This document shows, piece after piece, positions 58,861 through 64,000 of a DNA stretch of 64,000 nucleotides; position 1 is the first letter of the stretch, and each line of letters starts with the position of its first letter. The translations under genes and the position numbers were made by a program. The stretch is from Alphaproteobacteria bacterium (GTDB taxonomy: Bacteria; Pseudomonadota; Alphaproteobacteria; UBA828): positions 576,001 through 640,000 of the forward strand of contig OZ243972.1 of the NCBI GenBank assembly GCA_965214705.1, in the 5' to 3' direction. Under the pieces are notes generated by a model. The model ran no database searches. It saw nothing but the letters and a program-made list of their open reading frames with translations, and had not been told where the DNA came from.

Positions 58861-60526
58861 GTAACTGCCCAGGTCGCTTACTGAGGTGATTCCGGTGTTG
58901 GGGAGTTCTTGCCCGGTAGGCTCACGCGCACTTGACGGTGGCGATGAGTTGGTCCGATGGGCTGATCAGGGCTTCGATGATGTTCCAGCCCTGCTTTCTG
59001 GCGGTGGTGATCACGCTGCGCAGGATGGCGAAGTTCTCGGCCCCCTTTGCGGATCGGAAGCCGCCGGAGATCTTCTGGCGCAGCTTCATCATCCGCAGGT
59101 CGCGCTCGGCCTCGTTGTTGGTAAACGCCACTTCGGGGTCGGTCAGGAAGCGGAGAACCGCGCATTTTCGATCGCGCAGGCGCAGGGCGAGGTTGTGGCC
59201 GATCCGCCGCTTCTTGCGTCCCCGCTTTCCGGGCTTGGGAGGCGAGAGCGGCGGCTGGCTCTCGTGGAAGGCCAGCGCCTCGGCAATGATCTCGTCGTAT
59301 CGGCGCTCGATCAGCGCCACAAGCGTCGCCGGAACGGCGATATCCTTGTCCTGCGCGATCCGGGCGGCGCGATTGGCCCGGCGCAGGAGCTGCTGCATGC
59401 GTCCGGCCCAGCCTTCCCCTTCGATGTCCACCAGCGCCTGCAACTCCCGCAGGTGGTGGGCGTTGCACAAGCCGTGCTCCACCCCCTCCAACGTGAAGTA
59501 CGGCTTCCAGTGATCGTGAACGACGATACCGGAAACACCCAAGAGCAGGTCGCCGCGCTTGGCGCTGACCCGGAATGCCGCCAGATGCGGCGTGCAGATC
59601 ACATGGAGCCACTGCGTTTGCCCGCCAATCCGGAACCCGGTCTCGTCGAGGTGCTTCACCCGCGCCGTGCCCGCCGCAAGCTCCTGTATGTGGGTGGCAA
59701 CTCCCCGCAGCCGATCGGCCGCCCTCTCGCTCATCGCCGCCAGTGTCGCAGCCGTCACCGGCGCGCCGAACAGCTCCGCCATCACCTGCGACAGCCGGTC
59801 CTCCGGCAGGAAGTGGGCGTGCTGAAGGTAGACCGCCACGCCTGCAATGCGCGACCCGTACTGCACCGGTGCCGACACCCCCTCGGGGAACGCTGCACGG
59901 GTCAGCGTGCCGCAATGCCCGCAGCACTTGGCATGCGCCCGGTGCTCGGTCACCTCCAGCGCACGCGCCTCGGGCAGGTCGAAGACCTGGCGGGCGTGCG
60001 ACACCCCTGCCGTGGCCGCCGCCGACAGGGACGAACCGCATCCCTCGCAGGCAGCCGGAACGTGGTTCTCCACCCGGTCCGGGTGATCCGTGCGGCGCAA
60101 CGTCTCGCCCTTGTGGCCGGGCTGACCGCCCGGCTTGCGCCCCGATTTGCCCCGCTGGCTTTGGGTCCGCCGCTTGGCCCTCGGCTTCTTCAACCCATCG
60201 CTCGACGGCGGCTTGGCGCTGTTGCGACTGCTCAGTCCGAGACGGCGTTCCAACTCCTCGATACGCTCGACAAGACGCGTGTTTTGTTCCTCCAGCCGCG
60301 CATTCTGCTGCCGAAGCCAGGCGTTCTCCTCCTCCAGGCGAGCGATCTTCTGCTCGGAACTTTCGGGCCGTGCCCCCGTTGAAGGGCCGCGCGGCGACTC
60401 GGGATTGCTCATGTCGTTGTTGAGTCATTTTCCGAAACTTCCGTCAACCCCCTCGTGTCAACTCCAAACTGGCCGTGCCTCAACCCCAAGGTTCAAAATG
60501 ACAAATCAGACAACCTGGGCAGTTAC
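58861..60526 (-). mobile_element. IS66-family (single-ORF, ISBst12-like) element, complete
   Basis: Inverted repeats GTAACTGCCCAGGT / ACCTGGGCAGTTAC; 8-bp TSD GCTTCGTA (58853-58860 and 60527-60534). Confidence 0.95.
58922..60412 (-). CDS. IS66 transposase
   Basis: NSAKPPSSD, GGQPGH.G, Zn-finger Cys pairs, HLDETG, VHD, LCNAH..REL, TNNEAERDLR..K.RQKISG. Confidence 0.95.
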   Translation of the reverse strand: MSNPESPRGPSTGARPESSEQKIARLEEENAWLRQQNARLEEQNTRLVERIEELERRLGLSSRNSAKPPSSDGLKKPRAKRRTQSQRGKSGRKPGGQPGHKGETLRRTDHPDRVENHVPAACEGCGSSLSAAATAGVSHARQVFDLPEARALEVTEHRAHAKCCGHCGTLTRAAFPEGVSAPVQYGSRIAGVAVYLQHAHFLPEDRLSQVMAELFGAPVTAATLAAMSERAADRLRGVATHIQELAAGTARVKHLDETGFRIGGQTQWLHVICTPHLAAFRVSAKRGDLLLGVSGIVVHDHWKPYFTLEGVEHGLCNAHHLRELQALVDIEGEGWAGRMQQLLRRANRAARIAQDKDIAVPATLVALIERRYDEIIAEALAFHESQPPLSPPKPGKRGRKKRRIGHNLALRLRDRKCAVLRFLTDPEVAFTNNEAERDLRMMKLRQKISGGFRSAKGAENFAILRSVITTARKQGWNIIEALISPSDQLIATVKCA

Positions 60527-60586
60527 GCTTCGTAGTTGATTCGCGTGCCGCTCGCGTCGTTTTCGAAGTGGATAAAATTCCAAAGT

Positions 60587-62190
60587 GTAACTGCCCAGGT
60601 CGCTTACTGAGGTAATTCCGGTGTTGGGGAGTTCTTGCCCGGTAGGCTCAGGCGCACCTGACGGCAGCGATGAGGCGATCGGAGGGGCTGATCAGGGCTT
60701 CGATGATGTTCCAGCCCTGCTTCCTGGCGGTGGTGATCACGCTGCGCAGGATGGCGAAGTTCTCGGCCCCCTTTGCGGATCGGAAGCCGCCGGAGATCTT
60801 CTGGCGCAGCTTCATCATCCGCAGGTCGCGCTCGGCCTCGTTGTTGGCAAACGCCACTTCGGGGTCGGTCAGGAAGCGGAGAACCGCGCATTTTCGATCG
60901 CGCAGGCGCAGGGCGAGGTTGTGGCCGATCCGCCGCTTCTTGCGTCCCCGCTTTCCGGGCTTGGGAGGCGAGAGCGGCGGCTGGCTCTCGTGGAAGGCCA
61001 GCGCCTCGGCAATGATCTCGTCGTATCGGCGCTCGATCAGCGCCACAAGCCTCGCCGGAACGGCGATATCCTTGTCCTGCGCGATCCGGGCGGCGCGATT
61101 GGCCCGGCGCAGGAGCTGCTGCATGGGTCCGGCCCAGCCTTCCCCTTCGATGTCCACCAGCGCCTGCAACTCCCGCAGGTGGTGGGCGTTGCACAAGCCG
61201 TGCTCCACCCCCTCCAACGTGAAGTACGGCTTCCAGTGGTCGTGAACGACGATACCGGAAACACCCGAGAGCAGGTCGCCGCGCCTGGCGCTGACCCGGA
61301 ATGCCGCCAGATGCGGCGTGCAGATCACATGGAGCCACTGCGTTTGCCCGCCAATCCGGAACCCGGTCTCGTCGAGGTGCTTCACCCGCGCCGTGCCCGC
61401 CGCAAGCTCCTGTATGTGGGTGGCAACTCCCCGCAGCCGATCGGCCGCCCTGTCGCTCATCGCCGCCAGTGTCGCAGCCGTCACCGGCGCGCCGAACAGC
61501 TCCGCCATCACCTGCGACAGCCGGTCCTCCGGCAGGAAGTGGGCGTGCTGAAGGTAGACCGCCACGCCTGCAATGCGCGACCCGTACTGCACCGGTGCCG
61601 ACACCCCCTCGGGGAACGCTGCACGGGTCAGCGTGCCGCAATGCCCGCAGCACCTGGCATGCGCCCGGTGCTCGGTCACCTCCCGCGCACGCGCCTCGGG
61701 CAGGTCGAAGACTTGGCGGGCGTGCGACACCCCTGCCGTGGCCGCCGCCGACAGGGACGAACCGCATCCCTCACAGGCAGCCGGAACGTGGTTCTCCACC
61801 CGGTCCGGGTGATCCGTGCGGCGCAACGTCTCGCCCTTGTGGCCGGGCTGACCGCCCGGCTTGCGCCCCGATTTGCCCCGCTGGCTTTGGGTTCGCCGCT
61901 TGGCCCTCGGCTTCTTCAACCCATCGCTCGACGGCGGCTTGGCGCTGTTGCGACTGCTCAGTCCGAGACGGCGTTCCAACTCCTCGATACGCTCGACAAG
62001 ACGCGTGTTTTGTTCCTCCAGCCGCGCATTCTGCTGCCGAAGCCAGGCGTTCTCCTCCTCCAGGCGAGCGATCTTCTGCTCGGAACTTTCGGGCTGTGCC
62101 CCCGTCGAAGGGCCGCGCGGCGACTCGGGATTGCTCATGTCGTTGTTGAGTCATTCTCCGAAACTCCCGTCAAGCCCTTCGCGTCAATTC
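60587..62190 (-). mobile_element. Second, near-identical IS66 copy; its other end is interrupted by ISAs1
   Basis: Starts GTAACTGCCCAGGT at 60587; similarity to copy 1 stops at about 62190. Confidence 0.9.
60648..62138 (-). CDS. IS66 transposase (copy 2)
   Basis: 496 aa; a few substitutions relative to copy 1. Confidence 0.95.
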   Translation of the reverse strand: MSNPESPRGPSTGAQPESSEQKIARLEEENAWLRQQNARLEEQNTRLVERIEELERRLGLSSRNSAKPPSSDGLKKPRAKRRTQSQRGKSGRKPGGQPGHKGETLRRTDHPDRVENHVPAACEGCGSSLSAAATAGVSHARQVFDLPEARAREVTEHRAHARCCGHCGTLTRAAFPEGVSAPVQYGSRIAGVAVYLQHAHFLPEDRLSQVMAELFGAPVTAATLAAMSDRAADRLRGVATHIQELAAGTARVKHLDETGFRIGGQTQWLHVICTPHLAAFRVSARRGDLLSGVSGIVVHDHWKPYFTLEGVEHGLCNAHHLRELQALVDIEGEGWAGPMQQLLRRANRAARIAQDKDIAVPARLVALIERRYDEIIAEALAFHESQPPLSPPKPGKRGRKKRRIGHNLALRLRDRKCAVLRFLTDPEVAFANNEAERDLRMMKLRQKISGGFRSAKGAENFAILRSVITTARKQGWNIIEALISPSDRLIAAVRCA

Positions 62191-64000
62191 CAGGGCGGAT
62201 TTGTACTTCAGCCTTTGGCCTGGCCGGCCAGCGAGTTGCCTGAAATAGCGGACTTGCTCCCCGTGTCCTGATATGAGTGCCGCGAGGCAGCCGTGGGGAC
62301 TGGCAAGCTGTGGCAGCTCTATCGGAGGTGGTGGTCGACATCGTGGCGGCGGAGGACGAGGCCCGCTTCCGCGACTTGATGCAGACACACCACTACCTCG
62401 GCGCGGTGCCGGGGATGGGCGAGACCGTGCGCTATGTCGCGCACCATCGAGGGCGATGGCTGGCGTTGGCGGTCTTCTCGGCAGCGGCGCTGAAGTGCGG
62501 TGCGCGCGATCGCTGGATTGGCTGGGACCGCGGCCTTCAGTTCGGTCGTCTTCACCTGGTCACCAACAACTCGCGCTTCCTGATCCTGCCCGGTGGTCCA
62601 CGCAATCTCGGCTCGCGGGTGCTCTCGCTGTGCACGCGCCGTCTGGTCAGCGATTGGCCGATCCGCTTCGGTCACGACGTGCTGCTGGCGGAGACGTTCG
62701 TGGACCCGGCGCTCTTCCGGGGCACGGTCTACCGCGCGGCCAACTGGATCGAGGTCGGGCGCACCCGCGGCTTCGCTCGCGGTGGGGCCGGCTACAGCGA
62801 GCACGCACGGCCCAAGCGCGTGTTCCTTCTTCCCCTGTCCCGCACCGCGCGGGCCCGGCTGCGGGCCGACGATCTCGACCCCCGTCTGCGACATGGAGTG
62901 CCGAAGATGACGCTCACCGCCGCACAGATGCGATCCCTCCCCGAGTTCTTCCAGGGCATCGACGATCCCCGCCGCCGCCAGGGCCGGCGCCATGCGCTGC
63001 CGACGGTACTGGCGCTCGCCGCCGCCGCGACGTTCTGTGGCATGCGCGGCTACAAGGCGATCAGCGAATGGGTCGACGACCTCAGTCCCAGGGTGCTGCA
63101 GCGCTTCCGCGTGCGCCGCCGCGACGGCCGGTACCGCCCGCCCAGCCTGTCGGCGATGCGCAGCCTGCTGATCCGCGTCGATCCGGTCCAGCTCGACGCC
63201 GCGCTCAGGGCCTGGCACGAGGCCCACGGCTCGGGCGACAGCGCGCTGGCCATCGACGGCAAGACCATCCGCGGCGCCATCGATGACGATGGCACGCAGG
63301 CTCATGTGCTCGGCATCATAGGCCACGACACCAAGGCGCCCTGGGGTCAAAAAAAGTCGGCATGAGGCCCGACGCCGACGACGGGGAGAAGCGCACCAAC
63401 GAGATCGGCACCATCATCCCCCTGCCCGGACTTGATCCGGGTATCGAGACGGTGCCCGACATCGCGGGCCGCACCGTCACCGCCGATGCTCTGCTCACCC
63501 AGCGGGCGCTGGCCTCCTATCTGCGCGACCGCGGTGCCGACTATCTGTTCACCGTCAAGGGCAACCAGCCCACCTTGCTCGACGACATCCGGCTCACTCT
63601 CGACGAGGCCATCGCAGGCCGCGCGCCGGACTTCGCGGACGAGAGCCCCAAGCCCGAGCACGGCCGCCGCGAGCGGCGCTCCATCTGGGTCTCCAGCGAG
63701 CTCAACGACTACCTCAACTTCCCCGGCGTCGGACAGATCTTCGCCGTGCGGCGCGAAACCCGGCACGTCAAATCCGGCAAGAGGAGCTGCGAGACGGCTT
63801 ACGGCGTCACCAGCCTGACCCCGCAGGCCGCATCGCCGGAACGCCTGCTCACCCTCAATCGCGGGCACTGGACCATCGAGGCGGCCCATCACATCCTCGA
63901 CTGGAGCTTCGACGAGGACCGATGCCGTATCCGTTCAGGCTACGGTCCGGAGAACATGACCCTGCTGCGGCGCTTCGCCATCGGCGTTATCAAAGGGCGC
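62191..64000 (+). mobile_element. ISAs1-family element (runs off the window)
   Basis: Begins CAGGGC exactly where IS66 similarity ends; carries ISAs1 transposase motifs. Confidence 0.8.
62277..64000 (+). CDS. DUF4338-ISAs1 transposase fusion, probably via a -1 frameshift at AAAAAAAG (63349-63356); partial
   Basis: DUF4338-like HHYLG, RDRWIGW, NNSRFLIL, ETFVD, GTVYRAANW; then DPR..G.RH.L and AIDGKT.RG; the -1 frame continues TNEI, TADALLTQ, VKGNQP.L, HGR.E.R, RGHW.IE..H..LD..F.ED. Confidence 0.8.

Larger units (their letters stand above)
58669..60570 (-). pseudogene. C-terminal part of an AbiEii-like nucleotidyltransferase, split by IS66
   Basis: ENDASGTRINYEA (60570-60527) joins YEAAVSGDLQLVPAG...DDYARM...LMERCAAIE* (58860-58669) across the TSD; the stop overlaps the helicase ATG; family assigned from recalled motif similarity. 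Confidence 0.6.

Noticed and set aside
62277-62910. DUF4338 plus the DUF1998 helicase as a Druantia system
   Set aside because: DUF4338 lies inside the ISAs1 element, fused to the transposase and on the opposite strand; no other dru genes are present.
1-64000. tRNA, rRNA or tmRNA genes and a tRNA-type att site for the integrases
   Set aside because: None recognised by eye; a covariance-model scan would be needed to exclude them.

Overview
GC-rich bacterial DNA, probably alphaproteobacterial (inference), in three zones. (1) 1-8.9 kb is accessory: a secreted caspase-like protein, a papain-family peptidase and an OmpA protein; a dinJ-yafQ toxin-antitoxin pair whose toxin is split by a 268-bp MITE; and a small phage-derived operon led by a mini tape-measure gene, followed by helically phased repeat arrays. 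(2) 8.9-19.6 kb holds ordinary metabolic genes. (3) 19.67 kb to the window end is an IS-riddled mobile and defence island. It carries three RHH/MobC-like genes and a MOBF relaxase interrupted by an IS110/IS1111 element whose non-coding 3' region contains guides matching its own insertion site (bridge/seek RNA). It also carries a type IIG R-M gene, two paired tyrosine-integrase modules, a group II intron remnant, many IS elements (IS1634, IS5-like, IS630, IS21 x2 plus a remnant, IS66 x2, ISAs1), and an apparently intact DISARM-related operon (YprA/DUF1998 helicase-nuclease, SNF2 helicase, N6-MTase). The most unusual signal is inside that MTase: a pentanucleotide SSR followed by three divergent tandem copies of a target-recognition segment, one hidden in another reading frame. 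This suggests a phase-variable, cassette-based specificity switch. No rRNA, tRNA or CRISPR array was seen. All calls are from motif reading only; no database searches were run.
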